Below are positions 27,708 to 40,000 of a stretch of 64,000 bases of DNA, piece after piece. The stretch's first letter is position 1, and each line of letters begins with the position of its first letter. Under the pieces are notes generated by a model. It worked only from the letters and a program-made list of their open reading frames with translations. It had not been told where the DNA came from and ran no database searches. Origin of the DNA: Catajapyx aquilonaris (lineage: Eukaryota); contig JYFJ02000332.1 in the NCBI GenBank assembly GCA_000934665.2, forward strand, positions 62,001-126,000, given 5' to 3'. The translations under genes and the position numbers were made by a program.

Positions 27708-30700
27708 ATGGCAGCACGAAAGGAGGTGATTCTATTCGTGGTCTGCGCCCTATTCGCCTTGGGTAAGTGGCCTCCAACATCATTGTTTTCATAATGCATT
27801 CATTCTTCTTTCTTTTTCCTTCGAAGAAAAAAAAATCAAAACTTTAACACTAAGAATGCCGCAACATTGCTTTCCCTATAACATTGCCCGCCTTGCAACG
27901 ATTACTGATCAAGCAAGGAAAGTGGATTGACCACTTCATTTTGGCCTCTCTTTCAACTGGTCTTTGGACGAAACTTTCAATTTCTCTTCTCCCAGCGGAT
28001 TCTTTAGGATAAGGATGAAAAAGTGAAATCTCTATGTGACCATGGGGGATCCGTCTAATAAGCTACTGCCGATTAGAAAGTGTACCGGTATGGTCTGGTG
28101 TTGTGATGAGCATTTCGTTCCTCGGTTAAAATCCATTGATGCCAACTTTATAATAAAGCTAGCCCATAATTGGGAGTAAGGTCGACACCAAGTCGTTCAA
28201 GATCAACCATATTATCAGTAACAATAAATACATTCGAGCATTGAAGTCACTGCAGATGTCGATACCAATTTGTGCAAGGAAGCGGGAAAAACCAGTTCCT
28301 ACGCCAATTGGTTCATGGACATTTTCCCGGCAAATCACCTAGAATTTAGGCATTCATCGCATGTCTGGTTACAACAAAAAACTCCCACTTTTTTAAAGTA
28401 AAAAATCTTGTAGCGCAGGCAGGCAAAGGTCCTTGGATTTGAACCTCAGCCTTCACTGATGCTACACTACCGCACCGTCGACAAGGGACGAGACGGACGG
28501 GTTCTTTCCCCCTCTCTAGTCTACTCGCAATTCCAGTCTCCCAGCAGTGGGTGTCCTACTTTGGGAAATACCGGTTACCAGGGTGAAATGGAAAGGTTTC
28601 CCCGGTCAACAAACAACACACACAGGGGGCCAAAGGGACGGCACGGGACAGGGGAAAAAACGGGACAGATTTGGCACCACAATTTTCAGGCGGTTGCCAA
28701 TTCGAGAATTACAGTTCGAGATGGAATAACCACACCCTGTAAATCTTGGAGCAAGGCCACAACTCTCTCTGAGTGACTCGCGCGACACACCATCATGGCG
28801 CCTAGAAACAATGGGTCAGGTTGACAATGTGTCGACAGCTGCCAATTCGAGGAATTTGTACTCGGTAATTATTTTCGAAGGCTGTGGTACAGCATCTCTG
28901 TGCCAGCAGGTGACAAGGTAGAAGACGAGGAAAGAGGCCATATTGACACTACCATGCTGGCCGAAGGGCATACCGATTCGAGCATTCCCGTTAATTATGG
29001 AATAACCACACCCTGTAAATCTTGGCGCAAGGCCACAACTCTCTCCCTCTGGAACGACTCTCGTGACAACCCAGCATCTCTGTACCACCCGGTTGTAATA
29101 TGATGAGGTATAGGGAGAAGAGGCAGCGTGGGAGCAGGTCTCAAAATCGTGGAATCAGGCCAAGCTTGCTCTTCGTGCGAGCATGTCGAAGAAACTTTCA
29201 CCCTCTCACCAAACACAAAACTCCGGCAAAATCTGCAACTATAGTTGTAAATACCCCCACGGTACCGTAACATTATGTGAATGTCGACAAAATGTCCTTA
29301 GATTTGCCACGCACAGCTGCTTTATTCCCTGGCCAGTGTGTTATTGGTTTAGACTAGCCTTCAGTCATTAGTTCCACTGCAGAATTCGGCAGGCCATGAT
29401 GCAGTTTACACGATAGTTGTAGGATTTCCCATTTTTTTTCTTATATGAAAGCTTCAAATTACGTCTACACGCAGTAGTTCGTGCCGGTCTGCTACCGACA
29501 CTGGTTGTGGAAGCTGTAACCATGTCCAAATACCACCGATAAAAAACACTTTCCAGTATTAAAAATAGCATGTCCTTCTGTTCTCAGCATCAGGTACGCT
29601 GAGGAGGCACAAGAGACAAGAGACGAACGACGAGGACGAGTACGAGAAGGAGCTATGCAAGGACAAAGATGCGGGTGAATGGTTCCGATTAGTTGCGGGA
29701 CCGGGGGACAGCTGCCGTGATGTCATCCAGTGTACCAGTTCAGTAAGTAAGCTGGAGGAGTCGATGGACTCTGCCGTCCTTATGCTGCTTTAGACCACTG
29801 ACGGCTCGTAACAACAGGCAGATAATGTTTAAAATATAAGACCCTTTGTTTAACAGGGACTTCAAGCCATCAGGTGCCCCGCAGGGTTGGCCTTTGACAT
29901 TGAGAAGCAGACGTGCGATTGGAAAGAGCAAGTGAAGAACTGCGACAAGAAGACCAAAGAGAAGAGAATCAAACCCCTGCTGGTTACTGACGAACCAGTG
30001 TGCGCGGTTAGTATAGCTTGGGTCACGCTGACTGCAGTACCAACAACTGTTAGTACTAGTATAACCCTTTGAATATTTCAGGATAGCAACCACCTGGCTT
30101 GCGGAGATGGTAGCTGTGTGGAGCGAACCTTGTTCTGCAATGGTGAGAAGGACTGCAGCGACGGCTCGGATGAGACCTATTGTGGTAAGTGTTATAGTAC
30201 TTTCACTGCTGGAATGAGCCAATAACTATTATAGTTTGGGGGGTCCCTGTGGCATCCTCGTGACCCGATGCCCTCTTTTCTGGGCAAGGATGAAAGTAAG
30301 TACTGTTGTTGGAACTGTGCCGACGATCCCTGCTGTCAGTGTTATACTAACCACGAAGCATAGCCTGTACAGTCGACTTGTTTCCTCTAAAAGGGCCTAC
30401 TTATCAGATTACATCACAAAAGGGGAGTGGCGTTAAGTTTCGTGACCTGCCCATGAGTAAAGGCTGTAACCCAGATTTCATAAGCAGCAGGTTACATTTC
30501 CGAGATGAGGATTAGATCTGTGTTTGAAGGGCAACTGTTCATTTCAGACATCGACAATGACCCGAACCGTGCACCACCATGCGACCCTGCTGTGTGTGTG
30601 CTACCAGATTGCTTCTGCTCCGAAGATGGCACCCACATTCCTGGAAACCTACCCAGTGAGCAGGTAGGTCGTGTGATATGGTTGCCAGAGAAGCAGGATC

Positions 30701-32162
30701 TAAATTCTAGCTTCATTTTCGACCCAGGTCCCCCAGATGATTACCATCAGCTTCGACGACGCCATCAACAACAACAACATCGAACTGTACACTGAGATTT
30801 TCAGTGGTCAGCGCAAGAATCCTAACGGGTGCGAAATCAAGGCGACCTTCTTCTTGTCGCACAAATACACCAATTACTCGGCCGTACAAGAGTTTCACCG
30901 CAAGGGACACGAGATCGCCGCCCATTCCATCACGTGAGTATCATATTCCCTATACAGTATATTACTCCCAGAGAAATAAAATCAAGGTCGTTCTCCACCT
31001 ACATTCCATGACCCCCACATTTTTCGTGAACAGTGGCCTTGAAGCTGCACGGTCACCAACCCTATAATGCTCCTCTTGCTATAGCATGTGGTCACGTCTT
31101 CCCAACTGATAAAGTTGGCTCTGTTACCAACCCACCCAAGTGGTCAACCGGAGGGATCTTTCAACACACAAAATGCAGGGTGTCTTACCCCTGACTAATT
31201 CCTCACTCACATGAAATCCTATTGGGACACCCTCTCTTGCGGACCTTGTCGTTGTGGGACTTTAAGTTCTACTCTCACTATGCCTAACTTCCCGTATTTT
31301 TAGTGGCACCTCAGACAACTGCCCCTCTTGCAGGCATAACAACGACGAGAGCCTTTGGAGCAACGCCACCGTTGACGACTGGGCCAAGGAGATGGCAGGC
31401 ATGCGCATCATCATCGAGAAGTTCGCCAACATCACCGACAACAGCGTTGTTGGCCTCAGAGCTCCCTACCTGCGCGTGGGTGGCAACAACCAATTCATCA
31501 TGATGGAGGAGCAGGCCTTCCTCTACGACTCCACCATCACCGCCCCCTTGTCCAACCCGCCCCTTTGGCCATACACCATGTATTTCCGCATGCCCCACCG
31601 CTGCCACGGCAACCTCCAAAACTGCCCCACCAGGTCCCACGCCGTCTGGGAAATGGTCATGAACGAGCTGGACCGACGAGAGGACCCCAACTTCGACGAA
31701 GACCTGGCTGGATGCGCCATGGTGGACTCCTGCTCCAACATCCTGACTGGAGAACAATTCTACAACTTCCTCAACCACAATTTCGACAGGCATTACCAGC
31801 AGAACAGGGCACCCATGGGTCTCTATTTCCATGCTGCCTGGCTCAAGAACAACCCCGAATTCCTGGACGCTTTCCTGTACTGGATGGACGAGATCATCTC
31901 CAAGCATGACGACGTCTACTTCGTCACCATGACCCAGGTCATCCAGTGGATCCAGAACCCCCGCACCGTGTCAGAGGCCAGGAACTTCGAGCCATGGAAG
32001 GAGAAGTGCATCGTGAATGGACAGCCAGCCTGTGGTGTCCCCAACTCGTGTAGTTTGACCACCAAGGAACTCACAGGAGAGACCCTCCGCCTACACACCT
32101 GCATCAGATGCCCCAACAACTACCCATGGCTCAATGACCCCACCGGAGATGGCTTCTTCTAA
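27708..32162 (+). CDS. CDA1: Chitin deacetylase 1 (group I, serpentine-like): signal peptide, ChtBD2/peritrophin-A, LDLa and CE4 catalytic domain; about 537 aa, 7 coding exons
   Basis: Exons 27708-27762, 29588-29742, 29857-30006, 30082-30184, 30548-30663, 30728-30933, 31334-32162. All introns are GT-AG and phase-consistent (1614 nt total). Motifs: CPAGLAFDIEKQTCDW, CNGEKDCSDGSDE, SFDDA, HSITH, RAPYL, FLYDS, MGLYFH. Confidence 0.96.
28721..29045. repeat. 49-bp direct repeat pair in CDA1 intron 1
   Basis: ATGGAATAACCACACCCTGTAAATCTTGG(A/C)GCAAGGCCACAACTCTCTC at 28721-28769 and 28997-29045, with one mismatch. Confidence 0.95.
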
Positions 32163-32460
32163 GGTCCCAAACTATCCCACTCCCCCCAATTAAAATATAT
32201 CTCCCCCCCCCTCCCCCCCAATACACTACCCAGAGTCCAGCTGAGCTGTGATACGAGTACAGAACGCTGTTCCCCCCAACAAAGCTGACAAGGGACACTA
32301 TAAAGGGGAACCCAGCAAGAGTGACCTCCCCAATTTTTTATGTCAAACTCCCCGCTCGCCTCAAATTTTTTTTGCAAACTTTAGTCCCTAATGAGGAACC
32401 CAAGCGACAAGTTGTACAGGAATTGTGTCACACTATTAAAAAGAACAATCAACTGTTGTC

Positions 32461-32466
32461 AATAAA
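32461..32466 (+). terminator. Candidate CDA1 polyadenylation signal AATAAA
   Basis: Canonical hexamer about 300 nt after the CDA1 stop; an ATTAAA also lies nearer the stop. Confidence 0.5.
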
Positions 32467-33930
32467 TGATGGAATTTTTAGAGTCCGAGGTTATTCATTG
32501 ACTTCGCTGCTTTTCCTATACAGCCGCCCAAGAGCATTGTCCTGGTGAAAAGAAGCAGACAGGCGGAAGTTGGTTTGGCGTGAAAATGGGCGTGGTCCAA
32601 AAACAATGACACGTAACTCAAGGTATGTGAAAAAAGAAAAAGAAAAAACGACGCCAAAAAAAATTCCAATACTCAAACGTGGCCGGTTCATTAATTCATC
32701 TCGCAGAATTGATCCGGTTGAATTATGACGAAAGTGAAACTTGATCTAGTAGCAATCAAGGCCAGTCCATCCCAGTAGCACGACTCGTCTGACCAGCTTC
32801 CCGATTTACCGACGACCAGAAAAATACGAACCACTTTCAACCTTTGGTCTGCCGAACGGGTTTTTTTTGGGGGGGTCCGCTCTCCGAATTTCCAGGAATA
32901 ATCGCACGCCATCAACCTGAATAGCTTCTAAAGGTTAGTTTTGGAAATAGTGAAAGCTTTGCCACTTGCGCTTCAATGAGCATCGGTATCACCCACAGGT
33001 TTGTCATTCATTGCTAATGGCATCCTGTCAAGGTCCATTTCAAAGGTGGAGCGTACTCGCTGACCTCTCTTAGTTATGGCTGTTCCGCACTATAAATGAG
33101 CAGTAAAGAACGGCATCCGGACGTCCTTACAATGAATGGCAATCCCGTATTCTGTCCCGCTGGCACGTATAAATCATCACATCATTCCCTGAACCTGCCT
33201 GGTTTTGCATGATACTGGTTTAGAACCAGGTCACAAAAGACGGCTATTAAATCTGCCCCTCACCATTTTCAACAAACTTGCGTTATTTTTTTTTTGTACC
33301 CCCTCGCGAATTACCAGGCTTACGCAATTGTTGGAATTCCACACAATTTTGAAGGCTATAGTTTTTTGAAGCAGCTTACATAAAACACAAAGCGGTCAGC
33401 CCGAATAGGACAAACAAGTGAGGGCAGTTGCTGACGTTTCGAAACCATGCTTTCTCCCATCTTGTATCCCCTTCTCTCCAACTCTCCCCAGCCCGATAAA
33501 GGAACACCTCTCACCTGCCCGACATGTTCGTTCCATCCCCGCCCTTCCGAATCACCCAGTTTTGACCCCCACGGAGCGCATACCCAAAAATGTAGCCCAC
33601 TAGCCACTCTGTCATCGATGGATATAGTGGCTTTATATTACTGTAAAATATCCGTTGAATTCAACCAACAGGCCGGTCCCATCCCACCATAAACAGCTCC
33701 TCATGCTAGACAATAGGTCCATTGTGTGTGTTTGGGCACGAAGGACCTTCCCTAGATCCTTGTGGGTGATGTGTCCCAGAAGGGTGCTGCCGAAAGCCAC
33801 TTCTGGCAGGTAGAGGCTCCGAGTCGGCGGCGGCCCTCTGGTGAAAGTGTTCCGAAGGGGAGGACTCTTCATCAGGTGGGGAGAAAAGAGGTGGTGGACC
33901 CCACCTGCGCATGCGTCCACACACCTCTCG

Positions 33931-33939
33931 TATAAAAAG
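33931..33939 (+). promoter_or_regulatory. TATA box of CDA2
   Basis: TATAAAAAG in a GC-rich context, 89 nt upstream of the CDA2 ATG. Confidence 0.7.
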
Positions 33940-34019
33940 GAACCTGATTTTCCTTCGGCGAGGTTCGACCAAGTCGGTGCTGTGTTTCTAATCGGTGGGT
34001 GAGGCAGGTACAGATCGGA

Positions 34020-37000
34020 ATGGCCAGGTGCTTGCTGCTCTTGCTGCTCGTCGGAGTTGGTGAGTACTGACAATGCATATCGTATATGCACCGGTATTAC
34101 TCTTCGAGACCGTACCAGTGAATTGTGCAGTGTTTTCCGCTTTCCTAATACTCTGAATACCAAGTTCACTGCTTCATGACCCACTTAGACAACCGGTCCA
34201 ACTGTTACCAAGTGCCTTTGTACCTTTCTCCGATACCGCCAGCAGTTTCCCTCAACTGGACGGTCTTGTTGCACACGCGTCTCTCTCATGGCCGGTGTAC
34301 AAAGCTATCCCTGTAATTGGACAAAATCAGCTTCCATCATATTGGCTGCAGCGAAATCAAAGGGCTGCAAATTGAAGAGTCCAGCGTGTCACGTAGGCTA
34401 ACAGAATGCGCGTTGGACCATTCCAAGCAAGCCGGACCTTGGCTCGCGGCGAGAATACTAATCAGAAACCGATTCTACCGTCACATATTCTGCACAGCCA
34501 AGGATAATGTTCGCTTCCCAGAAAGTATCACGAGAAAATATTCCATACAATAGCAGTTGCTTAAAAAAAAAAGAACAGTTGGAGAAAACAATTTGCGTGC
34601 CTGAGTCTCGTTAAATGCAATGAGAGAAAAACACGCCGCTGTCGTAATAAATGTAGGCTCCATATAATGTAGGATATTACAGTTATACACCAAGCTAACT
34701 TCACCAATGTAATATTTCCGAAAGTGAAATTGAGATGTAACACGCTCCTCTCTGATTCGTGGCATGTGCAGGACAAACACATTACTATGTATATTGCTAT
34801 TGTACCAGCCGTCGCGGCACTAAACTGACAAGTGTCCTGCAATAGACTGTAACAGCAGCATAATAACCAGCTGTTTTTGTTCCCATTAAACGTAATTATA
34901 CACCGATTCGACATAATACAGGAACGTGAAAGGTCACACTCACTAGAGTGGGCCATATTTGCACGAAAACCTGTCGCAATTCGTTCTTCGGGGTGCACTG
35001 TATCTCATCGTATGTCATGAAAGCAATGTGTGTTGCCTATCCAGTTAGGATAGTTTCCTCCGAGTCTCACTTCCTAGTGTGCAATCGACTTTCAAACGCG
35101 TCATGCTATACGTATAGGCCTACTATTGCATACTTCGACCCAGAGTGCACCATTAAAATTCAGAGTAATGACAGCAATAAATCTGAGACATCCTCCTTTT
35201 TTTACAAATAAAAACCTGAAATTCAGAACGATCAGTCATATTTTGGTCATAATTGAGTTAGGCATTGTTTAATGCCTAACTGAAGGTCAAGTCGGTTTTC
35301 TCATGGATAAATCACATCCCACTAGAATTTGTGGACAACACGTACCCCCTTTAGGCATACTGCAATATTCAACATTCCAACTTTTACATCTCGATTGTGG
35401 CTGATCGTTCCGCATTACAAGTCTTCAAATGATTACTTGCATAGTATATCTTTAAGTTACAACTGTCCTCTCCAATTGAGATTAAATACTGTATAAAATC
35501 ATTCACTCTGCCCCTTTTCAAAGCAATATTCTCGCATCAACTGCATTAATGGCAATGCCATCGTAATCAGCTCTTAAATAATTTTATCCTTCACCCAGTG
35601 TTCATAAACACCAATTTTTAATATTCATCGAATTAAACCAGATTTTATCATTTTGATTTAACATTTTAGCCGCACCATCATTATTAATACTGACAAGCAT
35701 TTAAAAGTTTGGAACGAGGAAAGAGTGGTTCCGTGAAAGTGTCAAAGAGCGTGCACGACTCGAGTACCGGTAATTTGTGATATGAACGAGAGTTCCGGTG
35801 AAAAACACCTTACAGTTACAGCCCTTAAGAAATGAACCAACATGTACCTACAAAACGGTTTATTTTCCATAATTTCCAGCTGCAGCCGGTTCAACACGCG
35901 ATCGGCGGCAAGCAGACGACGCAGGAAGCACCCCTTCCGTGGAAGAACTATGTGAAGGAAGGCCGGCCGAGGAGTACTTTCGACTGAGCACCGAAGGTGA
36001 CTGTCGGGACGTCGTAAGGTACGTCCACAAGTCAATCCAATTCCCGGTAGCCTAGCCCATCAGAAGCCAAAAGTAGGATAACGACCCAGAGGCAAGCAAG
36101 CCACTATACCTGCATTGTACGACCGGCAGCATTCGCAACAAAAGCAACGATGAAAGCGAAAACCCTCTCACCTGCCGCAAACAGGTTTCTTCGGGGTGCC
36201 TATCAAAATGGTCTCATAGGAATGTCGCCACGAAGGAGGTCGGAAACCACGTTTTCGGAACCGCTTCAAAACGGTGCAAACAGGGGATTCACTTTCAAAT
36301 ATGGGGCTACAAATTGTGGGTGAAAATTTTGGTTTGGACTCACCATCAGCCCCAATTCGGATGACCGTGTCATGTGGGCGGATCTGAAAAAAAGACAAAT
36401 TTTTAAATTTAGCATCTAAAAAAATTGGATCTTGTTGAGTCGCTACACATTCTTTGAATATATTGATTCGGATAATAATTTTTTCACTTGCAGGAACAAC
36501 AGCGGCTTCCGGGCTTGATTTCTCTAAACAGTGATGTAGAAATTCAGGGAAATGGGGTGAATTAATTTTCATGTTCCCTTCCACAGGTGCGACAGAGCAG
36601 GTCTTAATGGTGCGATTCGGTTAGCAGCCGTAAGATGCCCAGTGGGGCTTGCCTTTGATATCGACAGGCAGACTTGTACATGGAAAGCTAGTGTGAAAAA
36701 CTGTGATAAGCTAGAGAGTAAGTAATGAAAACGAGAGAAAAATGCCACGGAATGATTGTGTCTCGCACTTTTCCTCTACATCATTTTGCATATCCAGTTC
36801 AAATCAGTATGAATACAAAGACAGGGTTTGCAAATCACATATTACTTATAGCAGGTACCATTTGAAATCCGTCTTTGCGTCGTTATGCCGATCTGAACTG
36901 CCTCGTTCATTATAATATCCTGTCATTAACACTCATGACTAATAGCATGAATTTTTCTGTCATTTTTTTCCGGCGAATTTTCCCACTAAAAAAAAAACTC

Positions 37001-40000
37001 ATCGCAAGTTCTCTATTGACGGACAACCGTTGGCATTTTCCTCCACCTTGTCCGACTTTTTCGACTAACAAAAGCGTTTTTTTGCTTCTCTTCCTCCACT
37101 CAGGTGCACTCAGTCCGGTATAAAGCCTGTTACTTGCCCCTCCGGTTTGGCCTTCGACATTTATACGCAAACGTGTGATTGGAAAGCCAAAGTACATAAC
37201 TGTGACCGTCTAGAGAGTAAGTGATGTGATGGTTTATTCTGGTCCTCTGACCAGATGTACATATTCATCAAAAAAAAATTATAAACGGAGGTGTCGGGGC
37301 CTGTAGTTACAAATTAAAAATAAATATTAAATAAAAAACAATATCAGGCGCACATATTTCACCTTGAGGTTTTCGAAGGACACGGGAATGGAACCGGGAA
37401 AAGAACTGTGGTGTTCGGGAGTCACCTCCCGACCTTCGAATGGTACGGACGTTTCAGGAAGCACCTCCAAGTCTGGGAAAATCGGCCCCCAAACACACTT
37501 TTACGTCTCGCCCACCCGCCGGCCACTTGTTTCTGAGGCGCGACCTCATTGGCATCAGGAAGGAATTGAGCATTTCTGCCATATTACACTGAAGGCAGGT
37601 TTGGCTCCAATGTTGCGCACCACTTGCCAACCAAACGGAGCATTACCAGGCTCAATTGTAGGCAAGAAGTCAACATAGCCAAAAAAAAAAAAGGTTCTTC
37701 CTTTTTCCGCGATTTTTTTTTTCTTTTCCCCTGTCCTTCTTGCTAATAACGGCTTGACTAACCAAGCCAAAATGGGGCTAATTGGTGAAGGGTCCATTCG
37801 CACTAGCACCTTCTGTTGGATACATGTCTCAAGGTTCACCCCTTCTCCTGCACCGCCTCTTTCTTGCTGTCATGTGTCAATTACATAATGTGCAGCAAGT
37901 TCAGCACCAATAATTGATGGGGAGCTTTCTGCATCAATGTTCGAAGTGCCCTCGAGAGTGCTTTGAACTTTACAAGCCATGGAAGGCATATTGTAAGGAT
38001 GAAAAAAATGGCACTTCAAATGTTAATGCACTTGCTCTTCCATCAGTAGCACGTTTCAATAAATCCATTTCAATTTGACTAATTCAACTTCTATATTTCC
38101 TGCTTGATCAACATCAGAGCCCAGAAAAGTGCTACCCATCCTTCGCACTGATGAGCCAATTTGTGGTGAGGGAAAGCTATCATGTGGAAATGGAGAGTGT
38201 ATCGACAAAACCCTGTTCTGTGATGACAAGCCTGACTGCGCTGATGGTTCAGATGAGAACGCCTGCAGTAAGTTCTGTTCAGCTTATTGCACCTTCCTCC
38301 AGAGGGGTGTTATCTAATGCCCATCATGTGCAACACATGCACCGATCTACTTTGTTGCTCATGGCATGCATTCATATACCTTATTTGGCATAACCAGAGA
38401 TGTTCACTGGGTAAGGATGTCCTCATAACATGCTGCAACACTTTCTAGCTGTGGAACTGGACCCAAACCGTGCTCCAGAATGCGATCCAACTCAGTGTGT
38501 GCTTCCTGACTGCTTCTGCTCTGCTGATGGCACCAGGATTCCAGGTGCACTAGAGCCAAACCAGGTAAAGTTCATTACTATAAAGAGCATCTAGTTCAAG
38601 GTTGCATTGCAAGTATGGGTGGAAGTTACTTCCATAACATGATACAGGTTGCAAGTTTCCAGTTTCCTACATTGGTAACTAATCCCACAATCACCTCGAT
38701 ATGAATCAAGACTGACACTTCCCCAACAAACTACGTACATATAGCACTGAGAATTGAACCAAAATGTCACTCATGACCCTCCTTATGCTGTAAAATTCTT
38801 GGACCCAAGTTACTTGACATCGGAGCCAAATGTTTGATCAATTATCATCATTGCAAAAGCCTTTCTTAGCGACCGCAGTTGACCCAAGCCATGAATACAT
38901 ACACGTATTCATAGGATTTTCCAGCCATTTCCAGCTCTCCTTGTGGTGGTGAGATGTGATGAAAAGGACTGGAAAATGGCTGGGAAAAAAAAACTCAAAC
39001 TCAGCTTGGGCCTCAACATGTAGTTCTTACTGTAGCATCATAAAATATTATTCAGCGTACAACAGAACTGGGATCATAATTACATTGGTAGATATCTTGG
39101 ACCTTGCCCCTGTGAACTCAATGTCAAGTTTGGCATAATCATGCAATGTACGGACAGTTGGAAGCGATTGGAAAGCCCCCTACATGACTTTTCCAACACT
39201 TACATAACTCACTTCCATACTAGGTGAGGTGACAAAAGCATATGGAAATGTTTTATTGATACAAAAGTGAGCTGACTTTTGTTATAAGTTTGTTTTAACC
39301 CATATTAAATGTAATTAAGGGGTCTCCCTAACTGAAGCATTCTCACCTAGTGCTTTAACCCTCAATATTACCATTTCAGTTTCTGGTTTGAATGTTTGAT
39401 CCCCAATGTTTGTAGCTATCTTGAGTAAGCTTTTCTGTGCCTTTCATGGTCATTTCCAGTTGGATTCCAAGGCAGTTTACAAAATAATATAGGTGTTATT
39501 TACATATCTTTGTACAATGGCACTGGTACACTGTACCACAACAATTCACATTTAATTATTCGAGTTGCAGTCACGAAATGTTACCAACATTGTCTTACCT
39601 GTACCTATTGGAAATGCAACCTAAACTCGACAGCATAGCCAAAAACACTATATACCTACTATGCTGTTGAGTTATGTTTGGAGAAGGGGGGAATATTATT
39701 GTGTTCCATGGAGGAAGCCGTGTGATGCAGGGGTTTATTACAATATAAAAAATACATAACCTCAGATAATGAGGGGGGGGGGGGAATCATTATAAGACAC
39801 ACTATTCTTCTTGGTTTATTTCTGTAAAATATAATACATATTTACTACAAGGAGGTACTCGCTCTGGTGTGCCAGGGTACACTATGAATGATATGCACAA
39901 GTAGGCCAGGAACAGGTAAAGTTCAGGCTTAAGCCACCTATGTTGTTATTACTAAGCAAGTGACAAAAATAATGGCATCAAAGGTGACATCAATCCGAAC

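Noticed and set aside
31311..31909. 198-aa antisense and 114-aa alternative-frame ORFs over CDA1 exon 7
   Set aside because: Shadow ORFs expected from high GC3 in the real frame.
33633..34184. 183-aa antisense ORF over the CDA2 promoter
   Set aside because: GC-rich promoter shadow with no recognisable product.
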